Made by a program: the position numbers and the translations under genes. This document shows positions 1 through 10,103 of a stretch of DNA of 64,000 nt, one piece after another; the first letter of the stretch is position 1; each line of letters starts with the position of its first letter. Location of the stretch: NCBI GenBank assembly GCA_013286315.1, contig JABDFX010000005.1:6435-70434 (forward strand), in the 5' to 3' direction. This stretch comes from Bacteroidota bacterium. GTDB taxonomy: Bacteria > Bacteroidota > Bacteroidia > Chitinophagales > Chitinophagaceae. The notes beneath the pieces are model-generated. The model had not been told where the DNA came from. It did not search any database and worked only from the letters and a program-made list of their open reading frames with translations.

Positions 1-1
1 C

Positions 2-1000
2 TATCACGAAAATATAAATGCTGTCTATTTCAATATGACAAAAAAATATAAGAAATGGAATTTCCAGGTCGGACTCCGAGTTGAAAATACGAATTATGAT
101 GGTCACCAGTATGGAAATATCTATACGGTGAACAATAATGATTCTTCTTTCAAAAAATCATATGTCAATGCCTTTCCTACGGCTTACATTTCTTATGAAC
201 TCAATGATAAAAATACATTCAACGTGAATTTCGGACGCCGCATAGACCGTCCGGATTATGGAGACCTGAACCCATTTTTATTTTTTCTGGATGAATACAC
301 TTATCAGGCTGGCAATCCTTACCTGCAGCCACAGATCAGTACCAATATCGAACTATCACATACCTATCACAATATGCTGACCACCACTTTGAATTACAGC
401 AATACACAAAATTTCTTTGCAGAAACATTTCAACAGGAAGGACATGCTACTATCGTACGCAGGGGTAATATTGGGAGAAGAGAGAATGCGGGAATTGCTG
501 TCAGTCTGAATATGCCGGTTACAAAATGGTGGAACGCGACAATCTATGTAAATGTTAATTATAATCATTACACTGGGGAGTTGTACGGTGAGGCCCTGGA
601 TGTACACGCGATTCAGGGAATGGGAAATATGAATAATATGTTCAAATTCAAACATGGATGGAGCGCAGAATTATCCGGCTGGTACAGGACAAGTGGCATT
701 GAAGGGCAGATTTATGTACAACCGATGGGTCAGGTTTCTACAGCCATAGCTAAACAAATCATGAAAGAACAAGGCGCGCTGAAACTGGGACTTCGGGATA
801 TTTTTTATACCCAGCAGGTGAAGGGGTCCATCGACTTTCAACAAACCGAAGCAACTTTTCATAATTCAAGGGACAGTCGTCAGCTGAGTCTGACGTTTAC
901 ATACCGATTTGGAAAAGCGATCAAGGGCGCCCAAAATAATCATCATTCGGGTGGGGCGGATGACGAATCCAGCAGGTTAAAAAAAGGCGGTAATAATTAG
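2..1000 (+). CDS. TonB-dependent receptor / outer membrane beta-barrel protein, C-terminal part (5' end outside window)
   Basis: Frame is open from base 2. Alternating beta-strand pattern, RRIDRP..LNPF and GNP.L.P motifs, and a C-terminal FTYRFGK typical of Bacteroidota OMP beta-barrel family 3. Confidence 0.8.
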   Translation, partial: YHENINAVYFNMTKKYKKWNFQVGLRVENTNYDGHQYGNIYTVNNNDSSFKKSYVNAFPTAYISYELNDKNTFNVNFGRRIDRPDYGDLNPFLFFLDEYTYQAGNPYLQPQISTNIELSHTYHNMLTTTLNYSNTQNFFAETFQQEGHATIVRRGNIGRRENAGIAVSLNMPVTKWWNATIYVNVNYNHYTGELYGEALDVHAIQGMGNMNNMFKFKHGWSAELSGWYRTSGIEGQIYVQPMGQVSTAIAKQIMKEQGALKLGLRDIFYTQQVKGSIDFQQTEATFHNSRDSRQLSLTFTYRFGKAIKGAQNNHHSGGADDESSRLKKGGNN

Positions 1001-1022
1001 AAGTTGTGTGATTTAGATAATA

Positions 1023-1053
1023 AAGTCCTGCTCAGTACCTGAGCAGGCTTTTT
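1023..1053 (+). terminator. Intrinsic terminator
   Basis: CCTGCTCAG-TAC-CTGAGCAGG hairpin followed by a T tract. Confidence 0.75.
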
Positions 1054-1084
1054 ATTTTTACTTTTACATTCACAATCCCTGATT

Positions 1085-1576
1085 ATGCCTTCATTTGATA
1101 TCGTAAGTAAAATAGATGCGCAGACGCTGGATAACGCCGTGAACGTCACCAAAAAAGAAATTCAAAACCGTTTTGACTTCAAGGATTCTCCCGTTTCCAT
1201 CGAATTGAATAAAAAGGAAATGAAAATCGATCTGGAAGCAGCCAGCGATATGAAGATCAAACAGATTACAGACGTGCTTATCAGCCGGTCAATAAAGCAG
1301 GGCATAGATCCGCTGGCTTATGATATGTCCAAAGAACCGTACCCCAGCGGAAAGGTCACTAAATTGGAAGTACCCGTTAGAAACGGCCTCAAACAGGAGG
1401 ATGCTAAAAAAATAGTAAAACTGATCAAAGATTCCGGGATGAAGGTCCAGGCCGCTATTATGGATGATCTAGTGCGCGTGACAGGGAAAAAATTAGATGA
1501 TTTACAGTCAGTTATGCAGCTTTGTAGAACTTCTAACTTAGGTGTCCCTCTGCAGTTTGATAATATGCGGTCTTAA
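1085..1576 (+). CDS. yajQ: YajQ family nucleotide/c-di-GMP-binding protein
   Basis: MPSFDIVSK start, NRFDFK, VRVTGKKLDDLQ, PLQFDN; 163 aa. Confidence 0.93.
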   Translation: MPSFDIVSKIDAQTLDNAVNVTKKEIQNRFDFKDSPVSIELNKKEMKIDLEAASDMKIKQITDVLISRSIKQGIDPLAYDMSKEPYPSGKVTKLEVPVRNGLKQEDAKKIVKLIKDSGMKVQAAIMDDLVRVTGKKLDDLQSVMQLCRTSNLGVPLQFDNMRS

Positions 1577-1651
1577 GCTCAAAGCCAGGTAATTTGACCG
1601 TTTTCCCTCGTGTTAAAGACGTGATCAAACGCTATTTGAGCCGTAAATTTT

Positions 1652-1690
1652 GGGAGACTTCCGGGAGGTTGCCGGGAGGTTGCCGGGACC
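1652..1690 (+). repeat. 11-bp tandem repeat (GGGAGGTTGCC-like, about 3.5 copies)
   Basis: GGGAGACTTCC GGGAGGTTGCC GGGAGGTTGCC GGGACC read directly. Confidence 0.7.
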
Positions 1691-1891
1691 CCGGGCCCAC
1701 ATACCTCCGTTTATTTTCCAGGAACCGGGTAGTAGTTCACGGAAGAATCTAAGCTCAATACCGTCGGGAACTATAATGAAACACCTTGTACGCACTTTCG
1801 CTTCATAAACTTTGGTATTAAATCCAAAAATGCTTAATTTCGCGCTCCCTTTCGTGCCGGGAATTGAAAAAGCACGGTTAAAAAAATTGTT

Positions 1892-2143
1892 ATGAAAAAG
1901 AATCTGCATCCTGATAATTATCGCCTGGTCGTTTTTCGCGACATGAGCAACGGCACTAGTTTTCTTACACGGTCATCCGCCAATTCCCGGGAAACAGTCA
2001 AATGGGAAGATGGTAACGATTACCCATTAATCAAACTGGAAATTTCAAATACCTCACATCCTTTTTTCACAGGTAAAAATATGCTGGTAGATACTGCCGG
2101 ACGTATTGATAAGTTTAAAAAACGCTACGAGAAAAAATCGTAA
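1892..2143 (+). CDS. rpmE2: 50S ribosomal protein L31 type B (zinc-free)
   Basis: [32 protein letters not shown]; no Cys motifs. Confidence 0.95.
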   Translation: MKKNLHPDNYRLVVFRDMSNGTSFLTRSSANSRETVKWEDGNDYPLIKLEISNTSHPFFTGKNMLVDTAGRIDKFKKRYEKKS

Positions 2144-2162
2144 TGATCATACTTTTATAAAG

Positions 2163-2197
2163 AATCCTCCCGCCAAAAGCGTGGAGGATTTTTTTTT
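2163..2197 (+). terminator. Intrinsic terminator
   Basis: AATCCTCC...GGAGGATT stem followed by a T tract after rpmE2. Confidence 0.7.
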
Positions 2198-2227
2198 GAA
2201 AAACAGATTAAAGACTAGTTTTAATCA

Positions 2228-3256
2228 ATGAATGTCCCTTCGCTGGTTAGTGGTTCCTTCGAGGATGACTTTTTTCCCTTTTCATTGACCCGGTCTTTGG
2301 CAGATATCCGCTGTGGCATTCTAACCATTCGCGAAAAATGGAATTACCATCTAAAAGACAATCATTCCTTTCTGTCGGGAATTTCCATACCTGCCAATAT
2401 TATTCCTGACCAGGAACTGGTTCAATCCATCCAGGAACTCAATGCAGGATTTGCTTTGGGAAAAGCAGCCATGCTCTTGCAGCTTCCGGATATACTTCTT
2501 TATAATTTGTCAGAAATAAAAAAAGATTTTGATCTCATCACGAAGGGACGCCTTACAGCTGTGATTTCCTCCACCAACAAATTGATCGGTTCCGAGATTT
2601 TTCTGGAACGGGGAGCCGTTGTTGAACACAGTTATCTGAACGCAAGCGAAGGACCTATTTATATTGGTAAAGATGCGTTGGTAATGGAAGGCTCCATGAT
2701 GAGAGGGCCTTTTGCTCTCGGAGAAAGATCGGTAGTCAAAATGGGTGCTAAAATTTATGGAGCTACATCAATCGGCCCTGGTTGTGTAATAGGAGGAGAA
2801 ATTAAAAACTCAGTTATCTTCGGCTACTCCAATAAAGCGCACGACGGATATCTCGGTGATTCAATCATTGGCGAGTGGTGTAACCTGGGAGCTGGTAGTA
2901 CCAATTCAAATATGAAGAACAGCGGCGGGTCTGTTAAACTCTGGAATCCGATAAGTAAAACTTCTATAAACGCAGGGCTGAAATGCGGACTGATGATGGG
3001 TGACTATTCAAGGTCGGCAATCAACACATCCTTTAATACCGGAACCGTTGTAGGTCCGGCTTCGCACGTATTTGGAAATGGAGCCACACCGTCTTATCTT
3101 CCCAGCTTTAGCTGGGGATATGAGCATGAGGTATATGATTTCGAGAAAGCCATCTTGCATATCAGCAAATGGAAAAAACTGAAGGGTCATCTGTTAAGTG
3201 ATGAAGAAATAAGACAATTGAAAAATATTTTCGATCAACAAAACAAAGTTTCATGA
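2228..3256 (+). CDS. GlmU-like putative sugar nucleotidyltransferase/acetyltransferase (hexapeptide repeat)
   Basis: PFSLTR..ADIRCGILTIREKW N-terminus; left-handed beta-helix repeats; SNKAHDGYLGDS. Confidence 0.8.
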   Translation: MNVPSLVSGSFEDDFFPFSLTRSLADIRCGILTIREKWNYHLKDNHSFLSGISIPANIIPDQELVQSIQELNAGFALGKAAMLLQLPDILLYNLSEIKKDFDLITKGRLTAVISSTNKLIGSEIFLERGAVVEHSYLNASEGPIYIGKDALVMEGSMMRGPFALGERSVVKMGAKIYGATSIGPGCVIGGEIKNSVIFGYSNKAHDGYLGDSIIGEWCNLGAGSTNSNMKNSGGSVKLWNPISKTSINAGLKCGLMMGDYSRSAINTSFNTGTVVGPASHVFGNGATPSYLPSFSWGYEHEVYDFEKAILHISKWKKLKGHLLSDEEIRQLKNIFDQQNKVS

Positions 3257-4014
3257 GAAAACAAATTGCTGCGGCAAACTGGAAGATGAATCTGACCTAT
3301 CAGCAGGCAATTGCCTTATTGCAAACCATCATTGCTGCAGATATAACATTAAAGGAAAATCATTCGGTTGTGTTCGCCGTGCCTTTCCCTTACCTGGAAA
3401 AGGCCATTGGCACCGTTCAGCACCGGAAGAATTTTCTCATTTCCGCTCAAAATTGTTCCGACAGGAAATCGGGCGCTTTTACCGGTGAAGTTTCAACAGA
3501 GATGCTAAAATCCATTGAAGTTAATTTTTGCCTGGTTGGTCACAGCGAGCGTCGCGAATATTTTGGAGAAAACAATTTAATGCTGGCGGACAAATTAAAT
3601 CTTTGCCTGGTCAATGGAATAACCCCCATTTTTTGTTGCGGAGAGGCACTGGGAACCAGGGAGCAAAATCAACAAAACAGTTATGTTGAAAGACAATTGA
3701 GAGAATCGTTATTCCATTTGACCCGGGAAGAAATCCTGAAGGTCGTGATTGCTTACGAACCCATCTGGGCCATCGGAACGGGTAAAACGGCGAGCACCGC
3801 ACAGGCACAGGAAATGCACGCCTTTATACGCTCCGCATTGAAGAACCAATACGACGCCGCGATTGCTGATCAGATTTCCATCTTATATGGAGGAAGCGTA
3901 AAAGCCGCCAATGCAAAAGAAATTTTTGGAAGTAAGGATGTTGATGGGGGACTGGTAGGTGGCGCATCCCTGAATGCAACGGAGTTTATAGAAATCATAA
4001 AAGCACTGAAATAG
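3253..4014 (+). CDS. tpiA: Triosephosphate isomerase
   Basis: ANWKMN, GHSERR, AYEPIWAIGTG, LYGGSV, DGGLVGGASL. Confidence 0.97.
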   Translation: MRKQIAAANWKMNLTYQQAIALLQTIIAADITLKENHSVVFAVPFPYLEKAIGTVQHRKNFLISAQNCSDRKSGAFTGEVSTEMLKSIEVNFCLVGHSERREYFGENNLMLADKLNLCLVNGITPIFCCGEALGTREQNQQNSYVERQLRESLFHLTREEILKVVIAYEPIWAIGTGKTASTAQAQEMHAFIRSALKNQYDAAIADQISILYGGSVKAANAKEIFGSKDVDGGLVGGASLNATEFIEIIKALK

Positions 4015-4016
4015 TA

Positions 4017-5357
4017 ATGAAAAAAAATTCCAGCCATGTTCTTCAACACATGTTATGGCGTGGCTTGTATTTCTTTTCAATTCTTCTCATAAATGTCTGG
4101 ATAGCCCGCTATTTTGCGGCTGAAAAAAGCGGACAGATTTTTTATATAGTCACCAACCTGTCTCTGGTGCTTCTGATTGCCAGTATAAGCCTGGAGTCCG
4201 GCGCCACTTATTATGTTGCGTCTGGCAAACTGGATGCTTCCCTGATGGCTAATTTTTGTCTCGTCTGGGCTACCTGTGTCTCTTTGATTGCAGTGGCAGG
4301 ATGGGGACTAGTCCTTCGTCTGACACATTCCGTTTATCTGCAGAATCCCGTATTTCTGGTATCCAGTTTCTTTTTTATTCTGGGCGTTTTATTTACAACC
4401 TATTTCACTGCCTTATTCTATGCAAAAAAAGAATTCGGACTGCCCAATAAAATTCTTTTCCTGGTAAATATGATCCTGATTGTTTTTCTTATTGCAGAAA
4501 AGAACAACACAACCATCAGGAGACAGTTTATAGAGATATACTTTTTTAGTTTTTTTCTGCAGGGTATGCTTTTACGGGTATTTTTTTTCAGGAAGTATAC
4601 TTATTCCGGAAACCAGATGTTCCCCGACCGCCCTATATTGAAAATGGTTATCCGTTACTCACTTTTTGCCCTTATTGCCAACCTGGTTTATTTTTTTGTA
4701 AACCGGATGGACTATTGGTTTGTTGAATATTATTGTTCCCAAAAGGACCTGGGCAATTATATACAGGCTTCCAAAATTGCTCAAATGCTTGTAATTCTTC
4801 CTGCCATTCTTGGATCCTCTTTGTTCCCCCTTTTTTCTTCTCAGGAGAAATCCGGATCACAGGCCCAGTTAACAGCCGTTATACGTGTATTATTTTGGAT
4901 TAATGCAGGAATTTGTTTCCTGATCTTTGCTGCCGGGTGGTATATCATTCCATTCTTTTTTGGCGCTTCTTTCAATTTGATGTACCGTCTTTTTCTATTA
5001 CTTATCCCGGGAATTCTTTGCATGACGATGAATTATCCGTTGAGTGCATGGTTTTCTGCGACTAACCGGATTGATATAAATCTTTGGGGAGCCATGCTGG
5101 CCCTGATTGTTATATGTGCAGGAGATTTGTTTGTGCTTCCCCGTGCAGGTATTATTGCCGCACCCATTATCAGCAGTGCGGGATATTTTAGTTACTATTG
5201 TTACACTGTTTATATGTACCGGAGAGAGAATGTCGTTTCATGGAAGGAATTTTTGCTCATCCGGAAATCAGATCTATTCAGGATACGTCAGTCGATCGGA
5301 TCTGTGAAAGATGAATTTTCTCCCGAAAATTCCATTGTCCAAAACTCAACCACATGA
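4017..5357 (+). CDS. Polysaccharide biosynthesis flippase-like (Wzx/MATE) membrane protein
   Basis: About 12 hydrophobic segments; NRMDYWFV..LGNYIQA motif; adjacent to a glycosyltransferase. Confidence 0.7.
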   Translation: MKKNSSHVLQHMLWRGLYFFSILLINVWIARYFAAEKSGQIFYIVTNLSLVLLIASISLESGATYYVASGKLDASLMANFCLVWATCVSLIAVAGWGLVLRLTHSVYLQNPVFLVSSFFFILGVLFTTYFTALFYAKKEFGLPNKILFLVNMILIVFLIAEKNNTTIRRQFIEIYFFSFFLQGMLLRVFFFRKYTYSGNQMFPDRPILKMVIRYSLFALIANLVYFFVNRMDYWFVEYYCSQKDLGNYIQASKIAQMLVILPAILGSSLFPLFSSQEKSGSQAQLTAVIRVLFWINAGICFLIFAAGWYIIPFFFGASFNLMYRLFLLLIPGILCMTMNYPLSAWFSATNRIDINLWGAMLALIVICAGDLFVLPRAGIIAAPIISSAGYFSYYCYTVYMYRRENVVSWKEFLLIRKSDLFRIRQSIGSVKDEFSPENSIVQNSTT

Positions 5358-6532
5358 GGAATATTCTATGGCTGACAAGTTGGTATCCAAATTCGACAGA
5401 TCCCTTTAATGGAGATTTTATTAAGCGCGAAGCGGAAGCAGTCTCCGTCTACCAGCCATTGAAAATATTGTATGTCGTTAAGAATCACCGGAAATCCCTT
5501 CTGCCTGGAAATGACTATTCTGATGTTCACAACGTAAATCAAAACCTGGAAGAACATATCTTATACTATTCGTCCACTGGTAATGACCAGTCAGTCTTAT
5601 CAAGATTCAAATCCTTAAAAGCTTACTTAAACCGTAATCTGGAATTTATAAAGCAACTTCGAAAAAATCATGACTTGCCTGACCTGGTTCATGTCCAGGT
5701 CGCTTTGAAAGCAGGTCTGATCGCACTTTATTTAAAGTGGAGACATGGGATTCCTTATATACTGACTGAACACTGGTCGGGATATTATCCTGTTTCCAGA
5801 GACAGCTTATACAAAAAATCTTATTTAACCCGTTCTGTCACCCGTTTGATCATCAAAAATGCGTCCCGTTTTCTTCCGGTCAGTGAAGACCTGGGAAAAG
5901 AAATATCAAGGAACTGGATTCCTGTTTCATTTCTAAAAATCCCCAATGTTGTAAATACAGATTTATTTTATCCTTCTGAAAATGCGCAATCAACTATTTT
6001 TCGATTCATTCATATTTCTTCTTTACAATACCCAAAAAACCCGGAGGGAATTATTAGGTCATTTATTGAATTATTAAAACAGAATATACCGGCAACGCTG
6101 GAATTGGTTGGGCCCGTAAACCCTTCATTGTCTGAATTTATAAAGGCAAGCGGACTCAGACCGGATCAGCTTTATTGCACAGGCGAGATTCCATATGATC
6201 AGGTAGCAGTCGAACTTAGAAAATCTTCATCCCTGATCATGTTTAGCTTTTATGAGAATATGCCCTGCGCCATTCTCGAAGCCCTCTGCAGCGGACTTCC
6301 CGTCATAGCAACAAAAGTGGGTGGCATTCCCGAAATTATCAATAAGGAAAATGGAATATTAATAAATGTTGGAAAAGAGACTGAATTGCTGGTTGCAATG
6401 AAAGAAATGATCCGTAATTATAATAGTTATGATCGCAGGCAAATAAGTCATGAGGCGATGGAACAATTTTCATACGAAGTGATCGGAAAGAAAATTGTCA
6501 ATATATATCGTTCGGTTCCCGAAAATAAATAA
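5354..6532 (+). CDS. Glycosyltransferase family 4
   Basis: YILTEHWS; ENMPCAILEALCSGLPVIATKVGGIPEII GT-B motif. Confidence 0.88.
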   Translation: MRNILWLTSWYPNSTDPFNGDFIKREAEAVSVYQPLKILYVVKNHRKSLLPGNDYSDVHNVNQNLEEHILYYSSTGNDQSVLSRFKSLKAYLNRNLEFIKQLRKNHDLPDLVHVQVALKAGLIALYLKWRHGIPYILTEHWSGYYPVSRDSLYKKSYLTRSVTRLIIKNASRFLPVSEDLGKEISRNWIPVSFLKIPNVVNTDLFYPSENAQSTIFRFIHISSLQYPKNPEGIIRSFIELLKQNIPATLELVGPVNPSLSEFIKASGLRPDQLYCTGEIPYDQVAVELRKSSSLIMFSFYENMPCAILEALCSGLPVIATKVGGIPEIINKENGILINVGKETELLVAMKEMIRNYNSYDRRQISHEAMEQFSYEVIGKKIVNIYRSVPENK

Positions 6533-7429
6533 TCAACGGTGGTCAATATATTTATTGGCAGGCAGAATATTTCGCAGTGTTTCCAATTGATCTTCCCGTA
6601 ACAAACCGGCTTCCCGGATCGCCAGCGCCTCTTTCAATTGTGCTTCCGTTCGTATTCCAATAACAGCTGAAGAAACAGCCGGATTTTTTAAAACAAAATG
6701 AACAGATGTTTCGAATGCATCAGACTTGTTACCGGAAACCGATTTAACTGTCGCCGCCACCTTTGCAACCTGTTCTGCAGAATAATTTAAATAGTGTTCA
6801 GCTGGTTTTGAAATCAAAAGTCCTTTGGCAAGAGTGCCCCTTGCCAGTACACCGATCCGGTTGTCCTTTAATAAAGAAAACATCTCTTCTTCAGGCCGTC
6901 GGTCAAGCAGGCTGTACTGCATCATCACGCTGGTGATGGAAGATCTTTTTACATATTCCCTGATTACATTCGGGCGAATGGATGAAATGCCATAGTACCG
7001 GATTTTACCAGCTGATTTCAGCCATTCAAATGCTTCGATCACGTCATCGATGGGATCTTCCATCGTGCCACCATGCAGTTGGTATAAATCAATATAATCT
7101 GTTTGTAATCTTTCAAGACTCTGATCGACGGAAGACAGAATATATTTTTTTGAAGGATTCCAGTCCCATCCTGATCCGTCGTTTCTCCATTGATTCCCGA
7201 CTTTTGTGGCCAGTATCAGCTCTTTTCTTTTATCCCGGAAGGCAAGTCCCAGCATCATTTCATTTTGTCCTTTATTATACAAATCTGCAGTATCAAAATA
7301 ATTCAAGCCCGCATCCAACGCCTTGTGTAAAATATTTACTCCTTGTGGATCTTTCGGATCCAGGGACATACATCCAAAACCAAGGCGACTGACATGCAAA
7401 TCTGATTTCCCCAGAAAACAATATTCCAT
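6533..7429 (-). CDS. Aldo/keto reductase
   Basis: LGFGCM, FDTADLY, SLERLQTDYIDLYQLH, GKIRYYGIS. Confidence 0.93.
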   Translation of the reverse strand: MEYCFLGKSDLHVSRLGFGCMSLDPKDPQGVNILHKALDAGLNYFDTADLYNKGQNEMMLGLAFRDKRKELILATKVGNQWRNDGSGWDWNPSKKYILSSVDQSLERLQTDYIDLYQLHGGTMEDPIDDVIEAFEWLKSAGKIRYYGISSIRPNVIREYVKRSSITSVMMQYSLLDRRPEEEMFSLLKDNRIGVLARGTLAKGLLISKPAEHYLNYSAEQVAKVAATVKSVSGNKSDAFETSVHFVLKNPAVSSAVIGIRTEAQLKEALAIREAGLLREDQLETLRNILPANKYIDHR

Positions 7430-7501
7430 CAGGTAAAATTACGGGTGATTTTATTGGACGACCTTGAATATTTCTTACCTTTTAATTCTAAAATTTTATT
7501 T

Positions 7502-8071
7502 ATGAAAAAAATAAATCTTTTTTTTATTCTGCTTGCCGGAATATTGAACACTGCTCATCTTTCCGCCCAGTCACAGGAAGATATGAAAGCGTTTATGAAT
7601 TACATGACGCCCGGGCCCATACAACAGATGATGGCCAAATCTGTGGGTGCCTGGACGGGTACGGTGACTATGTGGATGCAACCGGGTGCTCCGCCAACAA
7701 CATCTACAATGGAAACGAATAATGAGATGATTCTCGGAGGCAGGTATCTGCAGGGCCTGAATAAAGGATCGATGATGGGAATGCCCTTTGAAGGAATTGG
7801 AATCACGGGATATGACAATGCGAGAAAAATATTTGTGAGCAGCTGGGTGGATAATATGGGAACCGGAATTATATATATGGAGGGTAACTGGGATGAAAAT
7901 GCGAAAACCATTAACATGAACGGGAAAAGCACGGACCCGATAACCGGCAAAGACATCCCCACCAGGGAAGTATTCAAATTCGTGGATGATACACACCAGG
8001 TTTTGGAAATGTATTTCACCGAAAAGGGCCAGGAATTTAAGGGAATGGAAATAGCATACACCAAGAAATAA
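7502..8071 (+). CDS. DUF1579-like secreted protein
   Basis: Likely start is MKKINL at 7502, with a signal peptide; MILGGRYL, PFEGIGITGYDN, WVDNMGTG motifs. Confidence 0.75.
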   Translation: MKKINLFFILLAGILNTAHLSAQSQEDMKAFMNYMTPGPIQQMMAKSVGAWTGTVTMWMQPGAPPTTSTMETNNEMILGGRYLQGLNKGSMMGMPFEGIGITGYDNARKIFVSSWVDNMGTGIIYMEGNWDENAKTINMNGKSTDPITGKDIPTREVFKFVDDTHQVLEMYFTEKGQEFKGMEIAYTKK

Positions 8072-8120
8072 CCAGTCATTTCCAAACTCCATTTTCCCAT
8101 TCCCACCCATTCACAATTCC

Positions 8121-8138
8121 GTCCCGCACGTGCGGGAC
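8121..8138. repeat. Perfect 18-bp palindrome GTCCCGCACGTGCGGGAC
   Basis: Read directly; arms match the palindrome in the pseudo-tRNA anticodon arms. Confidence 0.75.
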
Positions 8139-8144
8139 CACATT

Positions 8145-8174
8145 AAAACCCAGGGCTTCAGCCTTGGGTTTTTT
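8145..8174 (+). terminator. Intrinsic terminator
   Basis: AAAACCCAGGGC-TTCA-GCCTTGGGTTTT hairpin with T tract. Confidence 0.65.
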
Positions 8175-8197
8175 ACGTACCTTCGCGGCTCTTAAAA

Positions 8198-10003
8198 ATG
8201 GAAGGGAACCCCATGAAGAATATTCGGAATTTCTGCATTATCGCTCATATTGATCACGGAAAATCAACCCTGGCCGACCGTCTTTTACAAGTCACCCATA
8301 CTATCAGCGACCGGGAAATGAAGGAGCAGGTATTGGACGATATGGACCTTGAACGGGAGAAGGGTATCACGATTAAAAGTCACGCCATTCAGATCAATTA
8401 TACGTTGAATAATGAGGATTATATCTTAAACCTCATTGATACTCCGGGTCACGTGGATTTTAGCTATGAAGTAAGCCGTGCGCTGGCAGCCTGTGAGGGT
8501 GTTTTATTGCTGGTTGATGCATCTCAGGGAATTCAGGCACAGACTATTTCAAATCTTTACCTCGCCATTGAAAACGACCTGGAAATTATCCCGGTGATTA
8601 ATAAGATAGACATGGATGGTGCGATGGTAGAGGAAGTGACCGATCAGATCATTGACCTCATTGGCTGTAAAAAAGAATCCATACTGCTGGCAAGCGCCAG
8701 AACCGGGGTTGGCGTGGATGCTATCCTGGAAGCCATTGTAGAGCGGATACCAGCTCCGGTAGGCGATCCGAATATTCCGCTTCAGGCTCTTATTTTCGAC
8801 AGCGTATTCAATTCTTTCCGCGGCATTATCGTTTACTACCGGATCATGAATGGAGTTTTGAAAAAAGCTGATAAAATAAAATTTGTTTCAACAGGGCAGG
8901 AATACTTTGCTGATGAGGTGGGTATTCTGAAGCTGGGCCTGGCCCCCAGGCCCGAGGTCAGCGCCGGAGATGTCGGATATATCATTACAGGTATAAAAAA
9001 CGCCAAAGAAGTAAAAGTCGGGGATACCATCACACTGAGTTCAAATCCTAATCCGCAAATGATCCAGGGTTTCCAGGAAGTAAAGCCCATGGTTTTCGCG
9101 GGCATTTATCCTGTGCTTACGGAGGATTTCGAAGAACTGCGTGAATGCATGGACAAACTTCAGCTTAATGATGCTTCTCTCACTTACGAGCTGGAAACCT
9201 CCCAGGCACTCGGATTTGGTTTCCGTTGCGGTTTCCTGGGCATGTTACATATGGAGATCATCCAGGAACGACTGGAAAGAGAGTTTAATCAGACCGTTAT
9301 TACGACTGTTCCCAACGTAAGTTTCATCGCGCATACAACCAGGGATGAAACCATTATGGTGAACAATCCCTCCGAAATGCCCGATCCGACAAGAACGGAC
9401 AGGATTGAAGAACCTTTTATACAGGCTCAGATTATTACCAAGCCCGAATACATAGGAAATATCATTACTTTATGTTTAGGTAAGAGAGGTATACTGCTGA
9501 ATCAGAATTATTTAACGCCAACAAGAGTGGAGCTTCATTTTGAATTGCCACTGACGGAAATCGTATTTGACTTTTATGATAAATTAAAAAGCCAAACCCG
9601 GGGATATGCCTCCTTTGATTACCACCCGATCGGATACAGGGATGCAGATATTTCCAAAATGGATATCCTGTTGAATGGTGAAAAAGTGGATGCGCTGAGT
9701 GCATTGATACATCGTGCAAGGGCGGCGGATTTTGGTCGCAAACTTTGTGAAAAATTGAAAGAGCTTTTACCGCGTCAGCAATTTCAGATCGCGATACAGG
9801 CGGCCATCGGTTCCAAAGTGATTGCGAGGGAAACGATCAGTGCCTTGCGTAAGGATGTAACAGCTAAATGTTATGGAGGTGATATCTCACGCAAGAGAAA
9901 ACTTTTGGAGAAACAAAAGGAAGGGAAGAAACGTATGCGCCAGGTAGGAAATGTGGAGATTCCACAGGAAGCTTTTCTGGCCGTCCTGAAATTGGATGAA
10001 TAA
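8198..10003 (+). CDS. lepA: Elongation factor 4 (LepA)
   Basis: [63 protein letters not shown]. Confidence 0.98.
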   Translation: MEGNPMKNIRNFCIIAHIDHGKSTLADRLLQVTHTISDREMKEQVLDDMDLEREKGITIKSHAIQINYTLNNEDYILNLIDTPGHVDFSYEVSRALAACEGVLLLVDASQGIQAQTISNLYLAIENDLEIIPVINKIDMDGAMVEEVTDQIIDLIGCKKESILLASARTGVGVDAILEAIVERIPAPVGDPNIPLQALIFDSVFNSFRGIIVYYRIMNGVLKKADKIKFVSTGQEYFADEVGILKLGLAPRPEVSAGDVGYIITGIKNAKEVKVGDTITLSSNPNPQMIQGFQEVKPMVFAGIYPVLTEDFEELRECMDKLQLNDASLTYELETSQALGFGFRCGFLGMLHMEIIQERLEREFNQTVITTVPNVSFIAHTTRDETIMVNNPSEMPDPTRTDRIEEPFIQAQIITKPEYIGNIITLCLGKRGILLNQNYLTPTRVELHFELPLTEIVFDFYDKLKSQTRGYASFDYHPIGYRDADISKMDILLNGEKVDALSALIHRARAADFGRKLCEKLKELLPRQQFQIAIQAAIGSKVIARETISALRKDVTAKCYGGDISRKRKLLEKQKEGKKRMRQVGNVEIPQEAFLAVLKLDE

Positions 10004-10012
10004 CTAAAACAC

Positions 10013-10103
10013 AAGTATGGAAGTATGGAAGTATGGAAGTATGGAAGTGCAATACACTTAAAAACTATACTTCCATACTTCCATTCTTCCATACTTCCAT
10101 ACT
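10013..10103. repeat. Inverted pair of 8-mer tandem arrays (AAGTATGG x4 / CCATACTT x4-5) between convergent genes
   Basis: AAGTATGG x4 at 10013-10044; reverse-complement copies at 10065-10103. Confidence 0.9.

Noticed and set aside
1625-1909. 94-aa minus-strand ORF upstream of rpmE2
   Set aside because: It overlaps the rpmE2 start and promoter region and the 11-mer repeat; no motif support.
7571-8110. Long antisense ORFs (also 15551..16093, 34084..34596, 47392..47877, 52329..52925 and similar)
   Set aside because: Shadow frames of well-supported genes, with no recognisable motifs.
9864-10092. ORFs 9864..10052 and 9871..10092 (also 11756..11941)
   Set aside because: They arise from translating the 8-mer/7-mer arrays and overlap real genes on the opposite strand.
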